A DNA stretch of 63,973 nucleotides, the filler included, from Streblomastix strix (lineage: Eukaryota): assembly GCA_008636045.1 (NCBI GenBank). It is 3 parts of 3 records of this genome, joined end to end, with 100 filler letters (N's around TTAATTAATTAA, not from the genome) between each part and the next. Parts side by side here need not be neighbours in the genome. Positions count along the whole stretch, not along the records: positions 1 to 21,673 come from SNRW01000359.1; positions 21,774 to 43,423 come from SNRW01000360.1; 1 more part is not named here. One strand, 5' to 3'. Both the position numbers and the translations under genes were made by a program. The notes under the pieces were generated by a model that worked only from the letters and a program-made list of their open reading frames with translations, was not told the DNA's origin and ran no database searches. Positions within the stretch are counted from its first letter, which is position 1, and each line of letters starts with the position of its first letter. This document shows, piece by piece, positions 12,649 through 26,193 of the stretch.

Positions 12649-15600
12649 ATGGCGAGGAAATTTTTTCTAATTTCAGATGTTCGTCAGATGCTCAATTAAC
12701 TTAATGTTCAATATGATCCTAAATCATCTAAACCAGTACTTGAATAACTACTACAAACATTCAAAAAATAAGGATATAATAAACCAAAGGGTAGTGTTAC
12801 TAACATATGAGAGTTTATTAACAATATTATTACAACAAATATTGATGAAAATATTGATTAGAATAATGAATAAAATAATAATGAGAATAATGATGAAAAT
12901 AATAATGAGAATAATGAATAAAATTATTAATAGGATGATGCGTAAGAGTTGAGATAGTTGTAATAAAAACGAATCAAAGCAAAATAATAATTGAAATTAA
13001 CAGTGAAAAAATTAGATAAAATTAATAAGTAAATCTAGCTTAGGTAGTAAGTGACAAGCTTATAGTAACAATTAACACAATTAGATAATGCTATTGAAAA
13101 ATTGAATGAGATTAAGGCTTTCAATCTAGTCAAGAAGTCTATTAGAAATAGTAAGTAAATTAAAGAAGCTAAGAGACAATTTCAAGAATTAAAGGATAAA
13201 TAAGTGTAATAAACTAATGAAATAAAATAATAAAGAATCAATGATTTGAACTTAATTAGAAAAAAACAATTAGTCAATACAAGAGCAATGCTTGCACAAA
13301 ATTAAGACCAGATACAGTTGACTCATGCAGCTAAGAAAATTCAACGATAATATTAACGACATAAAGAAAGAAAAATATTAATACACTTCGTTAAAGATCT
13401 AAGCAATACATTCAAGCAAGTTAAACGAGTTAGAGATGAAAGATTATCAAACATAAATAATAATAAATTAACTGAAGAATAGTATACAATTAGATAAGCA
13501 AAACTAACTGAATCATTAATTGAATTTTATAAAAATAAACAATTATATGAACCCGATCTTAAGTTCAATAATGAATATAACGCTAATGTTGATGATTAGC
13601 TCAAGGCATTTATATATTTCAGACATGATGATAAGAAGAAATTAAATGAAACACTAATTGAAACTAGAAAGCTATATCATGAATAGATTGAGGTTTGCTT
13701 AGATGGGTTATATGAGAAAACTGCATAGAGGAATAATGTTTAAAACAATAAACCTTATCATACATATCACTTTAATAAATTTTCGAACCTTCAACAATTT
13801 GATGAAAAATTTGCATAAATACATGAATTACATAAAAATAGAATATATATGATAGCTACAGATTTTGGAAGTATCTGGTAAACTAAAGAATCAACTCACA
13901 CCAAGAAATAAATCAGAAATGACTTCAATTACCACAATTATAAACCATCACTAGATAATTCACATAAAAATTATCCTATGATTATACGATATAACTCTTC
14001 GAATAAATTATTCAAAGATCGAATTTATGATATGATTCATGAAAATTAGTCTCATTTCATTAGGAATTTAACACTAGAAAAGTATCACTTTATTCATTTG
14101 TTATTATTGTTTATGAATTACCACTTGGAACTAAATTAAGAAATGAAGTATAACGGTTCAATTAACACGACTACACTAGTTCAATCAACAGTGATTATAA
14201 TATTTATTGGTTCATAGCTGCTTCATTTTAATTATATCCTGATATAAATAGCAATAAATCTCTTGATGCTAATGCTATTGAATTGCTCTTACAGTTTAAC
14301 GATCAAGATCATAAAGAAGGTGGTCAATTAAATAAATAATAAAAATAATTATTGAAAGAGTATGAAAAATTCAATTAATATGCAGATCTAGAGAAATTCC
14401 AATAACGCTTTAAGCAAAATTTGATGACTTATAAATATGATCACTCTGAAAAATATTTCAATAAAACTTATGAGAATGTAGTTAATTAAGATTGGTAAAC
14501 TAGTCACATTTTATTAGCTCTATTAACGATTCAAGGTGATGAGAATCTTTAAGTTCATACGAAGTTCATTAAAGATATTGATCGAGTAGTAGGAGGATAC
14601 TTCTGCTAGAAATGCAACAAAAAATTATTCAATCGAACTAGTGCTCTCTTCAGTAGAGACTTTAAGACTCATTTAGAATCATGTAAAGGTCATGTTTAAT
14701 AGAAACATCCAAAATTTGATAAATTGGCACAACCATTTATGCCATATCTCAAATCTAATAAAACAATTCAAAAGTTATTTGCAACAGGCTAAACAAAGCT
14801 ATTCCCCAAGGATTAAAAATAAATAGTAAACGATATACTATAGTCTATAGAAAAATTACATGCGTATTAATGTTGAAACAGTCGAAGATCAGGAGCATTA
14901 GCGCGAAGCATAGAATGAAGAATCAATTTAAGCGTAATTATAACCATTATCTATAGTTATTGGTACATAAATTATCAATAAAATATAATCAAAATACATT
15001 GATATTATTACTAATGATTTCATGAATAAATTCATAGAATAGATGTGGGGAGCTAGCGAATGAGATTAATGAAGCAAATTTAGCATGCGAATCAATAGTG
15101 AAATTTGATAATGAAAATGAATAATAAAAACATTAATAAAAAATTCATCAAGTATCTATCTTTGGTTTCAACTCCAAGAAGTTTGATTTTAATATTATAT
15201 TCCAATATCTGATTTAATGTCCTAAAATTATATTTAAAAATAATGCTTATCTTGCATCATCTATTTAATAAAAATATGTAACAATTAGACATACAGGCTA
15301 TCAATTCGAATTAGTTTTCAAGGATGTTCTTACATTTATCCCACCAACTACTCTCGATAATTTTGTTCATAAATACAGTAATGGACGTAAACTAACTAAA
15401 GATAAGCTTCCTCATGGATCTTTCAACACTAACAATGTGGATTAATTCTCATCATTATTTGAACCATTTGAACATAAGGATTTTTATAACTAAATTAGTC
15501 GAAAAAATATTAGCGATAAAGAATATTAAGAATTTATTGAAGATTTCATTAGTTTGAGCACTAATGGTACCAGAAAATTTAAAGATTGATTGGCATATCT

Positions 15601-17714
15601 GAAATATTATAATATTCGTGATGTAGAGTATAAGTTTGCACCAATCAATAATTTAATAAATTTGAGTTGGTAGTTAGTTATTTATATTTTATCTTAGAAA
15701 TCACTATCTCAAATAGTTAACTAAATAAGTTATAATTAAGCCTGGGAAGATTTGGATATTAATGATGATTATAACATAGAAACAGGAAATAAAGAATAAA
15801 AATTTTATTCAGAAAAATGGAACAAGAAAGTTGATTCATATTTGCAACAAGATATCAAAGCAGGAAAGGATACTACAAATAATATGAAAGTTAATGATAT
15901 TGATTACTTCAATCAGATGATTCCAAATAAATGCTGCTACTGCAATGTTAAGTTCACTAACGGAAACAATCCAACTCTTGTACGAATTGACAGCAATATT
16001 GCTCACTCAAAAGATTATTGTAAATTAGCTAGCAAACTATGTAACTATATAAGATCAAGCAAGGATGCTGATGTTTTAAAATTAATTATTCAGAAGTATA
16101 AATATGCTATTGTTAAGAATCTGCCAATGGCAATTGATAACAAAGAAGTATATTGGTTTTTACGCAAATCAATCTATGGTGGTTTATCATAAGTGTTTCA
16201 TCAATTCAATATAAAAGGATTAACTCAAATAAATATAATAAAATATAATCAGAAAACAAATAACGTGTTAGCGTACGATTTAGATTAAATAAACACACAC
16301 ATTTTGGATCTTGATTTCAATTCATTATATCCAAGTGCTTTCTGTGGAATTTATAATAAAAGTAATCCCTATACTGGAAGTAGGATGTATATGCTTGCAC
16401 GAGTAACAGTGCACATTAAAATATGTAAAACTAACGACTATGATAATCGAGACAGAAAATGAAAATAGACGATGAATATAATCAATTCAGAAGATTGATT
16501 CATTAAGGAAAAAGGATAGTTATTCATAGCATCAGTTGAGGTTCGCATTGATTAGTTTCACAATAACGAACACATTAACTTTCCACCAATCTGGAGAAAG
16601 AGAATTTATTAGACTGATGAGAAAACGAGTGGAAAATTCACTTATGAAAAAATATGGAATATCTGTTAATAAATACGTAACAAAATGAACCTCACTGCTA
16701 TCAATACATGATGAGTTTATGCCATTTAGCTCATATTACTTATAGTTACTAATAGATTACTGTCATTTCATTATCGATGACGTTGACGAGATAGTATTAT
16801 TCAACAAACATACTGCGTTCAAATCGTTAGTAGAAGTGATGGCTGAAAAGCGTTAGTTAGCAATGCGTGAAGATAATTAAGCCAAATAACTTTATTTCAA
16901 AAATATAGTGAATAGTTTATATCGTGCTGATGCATAAAATAATAAAAATTTTAATAAGATTGATATCTGTAACAAACAATTAATTTTTCTTAAATAATTG
17001 AATAAAAGATTCATTAAAACTAGAAAGATTTATGAAGACCGTTATCTTGTGTCAATCAGTCCTGATTCTTTCTCCGCTCATAAATGTTTATAAGAAAGTA
17101 TATTCACTTAAGACAATTCAAAGTTCTGGTATTTATACTTAATATACTTCTTCCTGTACATGTGTATTGATATGGATAGAGTTCATTTCTGTTGTATGGA
17201 TACCGACTTAATGTATCTAGCTATTAGCAGTTCAACTATTGATGGATATAAACAGTAATTCAAACATAAAATTAAAGATTTAAAGTTTTGGGATAATCAT
17301 TATAAAGAGTGGCTTCCATGGGATAACTGTTCGATTGCCGAAGAAAAGAAACTACTCGGATGTGCTATCGAATCATAGAGAGAAAGTATCATTTGTCTAA
17401 CTTCCAAATGTTATTCTGCAATTGATGGTGAGATTGATGACGTAATAGGAATGAAAGGTATTAATGAAAAGAATAGTGGTTTGACTAGATTAGATTACAT
17501 TAATTGTTTTGAAAATAATTCAAATATATCAGCTCCAGTTACTTAAATTTAGTTGAAAAATGTAGTTATATTAATGGTTAAAATAAATAAGTCTGCATTA
17601 ACGGAAGTAGTTGATAAAATGATAGTAATTGATAGCCGTATTTCCAAAGGTCATTCATATCCATATGATCTATAGATTTTAAAAGTTGATGCTTCTAATT
17701 ATCTTTATATTTGA
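12649..17714 (+). pseudogene. Protein-primed family B DNA polymerase with long N-terminal extension and inserted HNH-like domain
   Basis: ExoII-like FGFNSKKFD, YNIRDV, LRKSIYGGLS, motif A LDLDFNSLYPSAF, motif B KNIVNSLY, motif C MDTD, SKCYS and RMKGIN. Multiple TGA stops and frameshifts. Confidence 0.92.
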
Positions 17715-17749
17715 TCAATTATTATTTCTCAAATTTTTAAATCAAACTT

Positions 17750-19029
17750 TTATAAATAAAATATAGTAATGAACCTAAGTTCTAACTAACTTTCTTACAA
17801 TAGTATATAGCTGTTTCTACAATAGATAGATGTTAGTGTTATGATACTAATTATTGTAAGAGTCTACATACTACATTACTGTTCCTATATTCTATGAATT
17901 CTGCCAGCTGATTAATCTATTTTCTATGTTTCATGTAAGAGAATGCGATCTTTGATAAATCAAGATGAATCATTAATATGTTACGAATTTTAAAATTCAA
18001 TAACAGTTCTGCTTTTTATTTTTGTTTTATAACATTTAACTCTTGTTCCTTTATTTTAATGAATGCATTTTCAATATCAGAATTGTAAAATATTTTCTCA
18101 GGGGAGAATTTATTATTATATGCTAAGTGTGAGATCTTATTATAGATATAGACTAACTGTTATAATTTTTCAGGATCGGCGAAATCATTATTGCTAGTAT
18201 AAAATCCGTTACGAATAGTCTTCACTACGGAATCAACTATTCTATTGTGCTATGTGAATTGTGAATCTGTGAAATTGCACTAAATTCTTTACTCATCTAT
18301 GAATCATTGGACTTACTTACGTTTAAATGATCTTTCACCGTCTGCTCTTATATTAGTTATATATTATTAATTAATAAGCTTCTTCAGCGCGTTTATTACT
18401 TGAAATGCTGATTTATTGATTATTGGGAGCTCTATCAAATATTTTATAATAATATTAATTACAAATATGTAATTCGCTTCTCTATTTTTGTTATTGAGCT
18501 AATACACTAAATCAATTTCCCAAGAATCGAACTAATTAGTAAAATATTGTCAATGAAATTATTTTAATGGCTTTATTTGATAGACTTGGACTCTTTGTTA
18601 TATTTCTTATGGTTCAACATTATTGATTCTAGCATATGCTTTCACTTCAATTTTCCAAAGAAATTTTACAACCTTATCTGTTTCTTATTTTTCATTCTCA
18701 TCTTTTAATTTAGAATGATCTATTTTACCTCGTTTTGGTACATTATATTATATAGTTTCTTATATATAAATTTCATTCCATTAAACTATAGACTTTCCTC
18801 TAATAATTACTTAGTCCACATTATTCAATATAATTTATTATTATTGTTTGTTGAACAATTTGATCTAAATAATGAAATTCAATAGATTCAACAATTCCTT
18901 TGACCTAGCTTAATGTGCTATTTATTACTGTATGCTTAGTGTTTCATTATTTGACTAATCTGTATCTTTAAAATAATATTTTTTAACTAAGTTGAATGAA
19001 TTTTATTACTTAATCTGCGCTTTTGACAT
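17750..19029 (-). pseudogene. Retroviral-like (rve) integrase of Polinton type
   Basis: DSWEIDLV (first Asp), YIFVIN..KYLIELP, NIRADGER (second Asp), HNRIVDSVVKTIRN (third acidic position) and C-terminal NQLAEFIEYRNSNVVCRL. Contains stops and frameshifts. Confidence 0.8.
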
Positions 19030-19041
19030 TTGTTTCTTAAC

Positions 19042-19324
19042 AACTTATACTATCAATGTGTGTAAATTATGTTAAAAATATGTTAAAATTTTCGATGTTA
19101 AGGATTAATTTTCCACAACTTTTCATTTTCAAAAAATCGTTGAAATTTGTATTCAAGTTAGTGTGGTTCTGTTCAATTGTATAAATTTTCGTGAAAATAT
19201 GTTGGAATCGTTGATAAGTATGGTTAATTTTCCTTGATGACCGTTTTGGCTAAAACTGTGGAGATTTGGTTCTGAAACATCGGGAAAAAGTTAAAGCTCT
19301 GGAAAAACACCATTATATAATAGT
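19042..19324 (-). repeat. Right TIR of compact Polinton
   Basis: Inverted copy of 11346-11618. Confidence 0.88.
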
Positions 19325-19330
19325 TATAGT

Positions 19331-19990
19331 CTAAGCCTACCCCAAAGATTCTCGATATGCTAGGTGCAAACTTCTCAATCTTTAGGATTAAAAAACTCTA
19401 ACTTATGATTCACTTATTTGTTGACGAAACTATTTCGCTAAATCAATGAATAACCGTTCCATGAGTCACTAAATACTGTGGTTGCATCTGCAACTTTCTG
19501 TCAAAATGCTATATATAATGTTTCTGCAGAACGATCTTGGATAACTGAAATAAATACGTATCTTCCTCTCCATCTTGACCATTTTTTCTTCTCTCACATG
19601 TCTTTTCTATCTCAATTATATATTTTCGTCCTCCAATTCTTTTGGATTATTTAACCATCTGAATAAAGAAACAGAAGATTCTCATCAAATTATTAAATCA
19701 TTTAAAACTTCCTAATCCTACTTATGTTTCACCTGAGCTATACGCTAAGGTTTACCTTGAGAAGAAATAAAATAATAATTACACAATTTACACAATTGAT
19801 TCATGAAATAAAGAAAAGAAAATATTTGAACTCCAAGATAGTTGGAATCTAAATATAACAGAATTTCGTTCGGGATGCGAGGAATTAATTCCATTTCTAT
19901 TACTATCACAAAAATACTGAAAGCGATTGCCATACATTGTTAATATACACTATTCATTTCTACATTATTTACATAATCTGCGATATATAA
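19331..19990 (-). pseudogene. Merlin (IS1595/ISXO2-like) DDE transposase, 5' part, interrupted by the Polinton
   Basis: RIGG..IEI, VIQDRSAETL, TTVFSDSWNGYS, VNHKLEFFNP and CTQHIENLW are the typical ISXO2-family SD.W..Y / VNH / IE..W motifs. The 5' boundary is approximate. Confidence 0.85.
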
Positions 19991-21673
19991 TCAACTTAAC
20001 TTCGAGTAAAAAAGATAATACAGGTTCAGGAGTTTAACAATTATTTACAAGAAAATTAGCTTATATTAAAGGATATTTAACAATCCAAAGTTACAATGCC
20101 ATAAAATGGATAAAATCCTTCTCAAATTAAAAAAATAAAATAAAATTAATTTTAATACTGAACTTATATTTATATTATTTTATAGTCATTTAGCAATAAA
20201 ATTGTATTGAAATTTATGTTAAATAATATTTATATAAAATTAATATTTAATGAATTATATTAAACTTGTAATAAAATAAATATCTATCGAATGTATTTTC
20301 CTAAAAAAATGAATATATCTCCTCTATTACATCAAACTTCTCATAAATACAAATCTAAAATTTAAAAAATAAGCTAAACAGAATAGTTATTACAATATCA
20401 AAAATATAAATCTCAAAGAAACGGAAATCAAGAACCATTTTTTTAACTAAAAAGTTGTCGTTATCCAACCATTTAAGAAATTTCGGAACATAAAACATAC
20501 TCAATGTATTTATATTTTTCTAGAACTACTATTTACCAAAATATGTCATATAACTATCATATTCATATTTGCTTAAATTGACTCGATTTTTTTGATAAAA
20601 AGCTCTGATTCTCGACTCCCACATATTTTGCACAACATTTGTTCCAAATAATTTATGAAATATTTTCATTAAACGCATTTTGGTACATAAAATATGTATA
20701 AATTTTAAAGGATATCTGGGTAAAAACGCGGAAATAAATTAATTACAGAAATAATTATTAATATTATTTTATATATTTCTTTGTAAAAAGATTAGCATAG
20801 TTTCTTCTGATGAATATCATCCATTTTCATCAATCTCCTGGAAGTTCCATCACGCAACATTGACAAGTAAGTTGGTGAACTGTTGATAACGGTATCAAAT
20901 AAGCGAGTGGGCTTGAAATACCTGTAATCATTCAAAGTAGGATATGTTCACGCAGATAATTGATAGAATTTGACATAAGAGACTAAGATATTTTAATTTT
21001 TTTGCATTTAATTTAACATTTAACTATTTTTATTCTGCTTTTTAACCAGTTTTAACTTTAATATTTTACTTTATTTTGTTTATTTAACGTTTTTTAATTT
21101 AACTTTAATCTTTTTGTTCGATTCATGAACTTCAATGCTTAACTACGTAGTTATTAATTTTAGTTTTCATTCTTTCATACTGTTTATTTAATGACGGTTT
21201 CTCTTGCTGGCTCTCATCTTACCCACTTTACATTTTTGAAACAACTCTTCGTTAATTTTTTTTGCTGGATATTTTGTTATGAAACCAGATTTATCGATTT
21301 TTTTAGTTATTCTATTTTGTCTTTCTTAATGGCCACCCCATTGTAAACATTGTTTGGGGAATGACCAGAAGAATCACTTCAAATAGTTGATGGCATTCAC
21401 TCAATAAAGGCGAAGTTGTTGTATATTATTATACATCCTCTAAATTTAAACCTTGGAATTATCTAAACAATTCACTTTTTTGTTAATAAAAATTTAATTA
21501 TATACAATTTTGAACAGATATTATTTCATAAAATATTAAAGCCTGTAAAGATGAAATTTTTTTTTCTTTTTTTTTCAATTAAACATATTTGGATCATCAT
21601 TTATAATCCATAAATCACTAATTGCGTGAAAATTTATAAAAGTAATAATTAAATACTTCAAATAAGTAAAATA

Positions 21674-21773
21674 NNNNNNNNNNNNNNNNNNNNNNNNNNN
21701 NNNNNNNNNNNNNNNNNTTAATTAATTAANNNNNNNNNNNNNNNNNNNNNNNNNNNNNNNNNNNNNNNNNNNN
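21674..21773. other. Artificial contig-joining spacer
   Basis: 100 bp of N with TTAATTAATTAA (six-frame stop linker) at 21718-21729. Confidence 0.97.
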
Positions 21774-22474
21774 ATCATTAATAATATAATTGAAATAATT
21801 ACTCAAACAGTTTACCAAAAATAATTTATAGGAGGATCTAATACCTGAAATAATTTAATAGTTAAAGGATTTAATGTAGCCCTAATTAGATTAACCACTA
21901 TTATCCTAAGAGTTGAAAAAAATTAAACTACAATTTGATCATCATTAATAAAAATTATAATTTTTTAATAAGTAAGCAGAGCAAGAGTAATACCATAATA
22001 AAATTTACGCTTAAAATAATCATAAATGTATTGATTAATATAATTAGTATAAATAATTAAGTAGTACTCAAGCTGAAAAATTAAAACGTTATATATTATC
22101 AGAGGCAAATGATGAGGAAAAATAAAAATACAATAATTTTGTATCTGATGTAGGAAATAAATAGTTTAGTAATTATTACTCGTTAAATTAAATATGATTC
22201 ACTAATGTTTAGCTATTATCGATAGGTAATTAATATAATTTATCATTTCCTAACACTTATCTCCAATATATTCCCCTTCATCCTCTATGTTTGCTTAAAT
22301 TATTATTTTTTCACTTTCTTCACATTTTATTGGTTCAATTAGTGCTAAATAAATATTATATATTTCGGTATTGTTCGCGTTAGTCTTTATCCAAGTTTGA
22401 TAGCTAGCATTAAAAATGCTGCCAACTCCGTTGGTACCTATAATAACTAATCCGTTTAAATAAAAATAAATTGT

Positions 22475-24403
22475 TCATGGAGGAACTGATCCCATTGTTA
22501 ATGGATGTGCTCGCCAATATACTTTAACTCCATCGCTACAGAATTCACCGATTGGATCTGTACTATTTGCACCCCATAAGATTGTATTACCAGCAGAATA
22601 ATTAACTGACCCATTATTTGCACCACTAGTTGCTCCAGTACCTGCAATAACCGATCCATTGAAAGATAATTTGTTTCCATCAGTGGATATAACTAATCCT
22701 TTATTAGCTGTGTTTTAGTCTGCTGTTCTGCATATAGTCAATGAACCATTAGTTCTTTTAATTATTGTAAATTGACCGTCAATCTCTCCTGATGAACTAG
22801 TATGAGATGTGCCAATATAAATAGCATTAATATCTCCAATAGCACTATTTGCTATTCTTATCCCTTCACCATATGATACATCAGTTGGATTTAATTAAAT
22901 ATTACCTAAAGTAACACCTGCAAATGTCTTTCTACCTGTAATTGTTTAATCAGTTGTTAAATCAACGAATTACTTACCATTAAATGTTAATATTTATCCA
23001 TCATTCGATAACATTAATCCTTTATTATCCTGTATAATTTATGTATTAACTCCTATCCTTAATTCACCAGTAGGTGTATTTGATATGTTCCACTAATCTG
23101 TTATTGTTCCTGTAATTGAATCCTGATTACACCCTAGATAAATTCCACTATAATTATTATTTATAGACGGTGATATTCTTATACCTTAATTATAATTATT
23201 ACCGGTTGGATTAATTTATAAACTATTATATATATTTGGAAATAATTATTATATGCTACTATACCCTGTAGGTAATGCTGATTGTGCATCAGTAGTTAAT
23301 ATATTAGTAATTTATCCCTAAAATACACTTACATTGGTTTAATATATAATCGTATTATAAGAATTGCTATCAATTTGACATCATAATTCACCATATCTAT
23401 CAACACCATCACCATAATATATAATCCATACATTTTTAAAACCTGTTGATAATGATGGTATAAACTAATATTAATAAGTAGATATTCCTGTACCGTTACT
23501 CCAGTGCAAGTTAAACTATATTTTACTAAATCCACTTCTAGTATCTATTTAGAATTCTATTGAGTTATCTGTAGAAAAATTATAAGCTCTTAACGTACAT
23601 AATTTAATGTATTAGGACTATTCAATAACCTGATATATTTTACTTGTTAGAACTGATTATTTAGTTGATCCATCAGCTAGTAATATATCATTCGATATGC
23701 CACCAGTCTTAGCAAATTTAGTAGCAGTTACATTTCCATCATATGTTAATTATTTGAGGTATATATGATCTCCCCTACTATATGAAGTACTAATTCCAGC
23801 ACTAGCTATACCATTAACTATAGGTAGTTCATCACTTGCGGGGGTAACTTAGTCCGGTACTAATTAACCACTATCATACCAACTTGATTCATACATCCAA
23901 ACCGTACCACTCTCTGCAGAGAAAGCAAAATCACCTGTAGCACTTGAGACTAGATTAATTACATCAGCATTCAGTAGGTAATATCCCCTAAAATGTGTTT
24001 GTCGAGCTAACTCCTGCTAAATTAATGTTATTGATTAATTTATATTATTAATATCCGTGGATTATTGGCCATATTCTTATTGTAGTTAATTTATTTATTA
24101 TTATATTTAAACTATTTATTATATAAAATCCAAATTTAACTCCTATAAATCCTTAACTATTAATTTGCCACCTATATTTAGTTTTAAAGCAAAGTTACTA
24201 GCTTACCCATCAGATATATATTACTTATCGGCATAAACTAAAGCAGATTAGTTATCTAAAAATAGTTGGAAGTTTTCATCTTAGAGTACACCTGAGCTAC
24301 TACTTTTATTTTTCATATACTACAAATAATACTGTATCTCTGTTGAAATTAATTAACTAAAAACAGATCCTTACTAATTAGTGAGCACTTATATTTATTA
24401 CAT
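22475..24403 (-). CDS. Tail-fibre/spike-like protein 1 (~640 aa)
   Basis: Code-6 ORF MQQIQVLTNQQ...; N-terminal coiled coil, then RQTHFRGYY, YSRGDH, KFAKTGG..ILLADG, TTDQTITGRKTF and two G/N/T-rich 'QxNPT..GIRI..NKGL..LxFNG' modules. Ends LTMGSVPP*. Confidence 0.7.
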
Positions 24404-24634
24404 TTAAGTACCAACAAATGTTGGCGGTTTCCAACTAAACAAAAATAAAGGGCTGGCTCAAATTTGAGCTGGCATCAATTATTCGGCTAAAGTTGGGGTC
24501 CTGCCTATTTTGGGCTATATCAATGGGTGCACCGAAATTTCGGTGGACTGATTTATTGGGCTAATCCTGATCAGATAAAAGGTAAATTGCACCAACGAAA
24601 AAAAAAATTCAAAATTAGTTTAAGTTTGACCTTT

Positions 24635-24710
24635 GGGCTGATTCAAGGGCTAATTCAAGGGCTAATTCAAGGGCTAATTACAGGCTAATTTATTACGCTA
24701 ATTCAAGTTA
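24635..24710 (+). repeat. 12-bp tandem repeat GGGCTAATTCAA (~4 good copies plus degenerate ones)
   Basis: Directly visible in intergenic DNA. Confidence 0.8.
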
Positions 24711-24711
24711 A

Positions 24712-25058
24712 TCAGGGATAATAATTCAATAACTTCAAATATAATTAGTATCGATATTCTTTAGCTAGTTTAATATCATTATTTTTAATTGCTTCCTTAA
24801 TTAGAACTTCCAATTATTCAGTAGTAAATTATTTGAGTTATGATTCGTTAATTTCCTTCATCTTCTTTCTACGATAGCAAAATTAAATTATATATACTAT
24901 TATATTAACAGGAACTAATATTATATCCAGATGCCCCATAATTGTTTAATCAGCGAAATATATTACATTGGTACACTAACTGAGATAATTGATACTATAA
25001 AATTAATCCAATAAAATAAGTAATTTAAAACTAATTATATTATACTAATCACATTCAT
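24712..25058 (-). CDS. Small putative membrane protein (one frameshift)
   Basis: MNVISIIQLVLNYLFYWINFIVSIISVSVP..., then LDIILVPVNIIVYIIQFCYRRKKMKE. Hydrophobic segments are followed by a basic stop-transfer patch. Confidence 0.45.
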
Positions 25059-25072
25059 TTATATTTACTTAA

Positions 25073-26088
25073 ATGAGTACCTAATAAATAAATTAAGTAT
25101 CAATCGACGATCAATCACTATTAGACGAATATAAAATTAGGCCATTAGCCCCACATTCAATCTTTCTCATTAACGCCAATCATTATATAGTTGGATCGGT
25201 TGGAAGTGGTAAAACAACTTTAATAGCGAAATTAATAGTACTATATTAACGATACATTAATCCCTACATATTATACTTCTCAAACTTCGGACCGGATGAA
25301 ACAATGGCGATTAATTTAAATAATAAGGGTATTAAATTAATTAATATAATTTACTCAGAAGCATAATCTTTTCTACCATAATTCGACGAAATTAAATATA
25401 AAATTGAAGAAGTTTATACCTATTGGAAGTTAAAAGAACGAGATATTAGATATGATTCAGATTACATAACTAGAATGAAAGAATCAATAGTCGAAAATAA
25501 TAAACAACAAAGAGATGAGACAGATAAATAATACTAACATGGATTATGAGATATTTTCCAAATGGAATGTATAAAATAATTAACGAATTTAGTTAGCCTA
25601 CAACAATTATGCGCTTCAATGTTCCACCCACAATCTATGGGGTTAAATATTCTAAAAAATTGAAAGTAATAGAACAAGATGGGGAATAAGAATTCTAAAA
25701 AATACCTATTTTGAGTAGTTCCTTATTACTTTCCACATTAATGATTTTTGATGACATTGGGTCTAATACGGATATTTAACGATACACTAGTGAGCTGGCT
25801 AGATCAATCACTCATTATGTTAGTGATAGCAGGCATAGTAAAAATACCATATTCTTCTGCGCTTAAAGACCAAGTTATTTGTTTAAATCAGTGAGGGTGT
25901 TATGCCATGTGATTGCCGTTGGAGCTAATATATCAGAATAAGAATTGAAATAAATATATGAGGAAAATAATGTATAGGAATTAAATGAGCAGGAATTTAT
26001 AATTATTTATAGCAGCCTTTAGAAATACGAGTTTATCATAATAAATAAAAGCCTAAATACGTTCGATATATTAAAGCGATAAAATTGA
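25073..26088 (+). pseudogene. A32/FtsK-HerA-like DNA packaging ATPase (one internal TGA and one frameshift)
   Basis: Walker A VGSVGSGKTT, Walker B LMIFDDIG, then SDSRH..IFFCAQRP....KSVR (Arg finger and conserved Gln). Confidence 0.85.
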
Positions 26089-26193
26089 ATGTTAGGGGCC
26101 AAAATTGGTTCCTTAAAATTAGCGTATAAATTAGCCCAACAATTAATTTCCAAAAATTTTGAAAAAATAAACAGAGGTGCAATTTACCTTTTA

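Larger units (their letters stand above)
11346..19324. mobile_element. Compact Polinton/Maverick-type element (pPolB + integrase, no visible capsid or ATPase genes), degraded
   Basis: Imperfect TIRs of ~275 bp (left ACTGCTATAAAATGGAATTTTTCCAGA...; right reverse complement ACTATTATATAATGGTGTTTTTCCAGA...). 6-bp TSD TAGAGT (11340-11345) / TATAGT (19325-19330). Contains pPolB and an rve integrase. Confidence 0.88.

Noticed and set aside
21674..21773. TTAATTAATTAA palindrome within N runs (also 43424-43523)
   Set aside because: Artificial contig linker. Adjacency across it is meaningless, so the pPolB/integrase element and the fibre/ATPase element cannot be treated as one virus.
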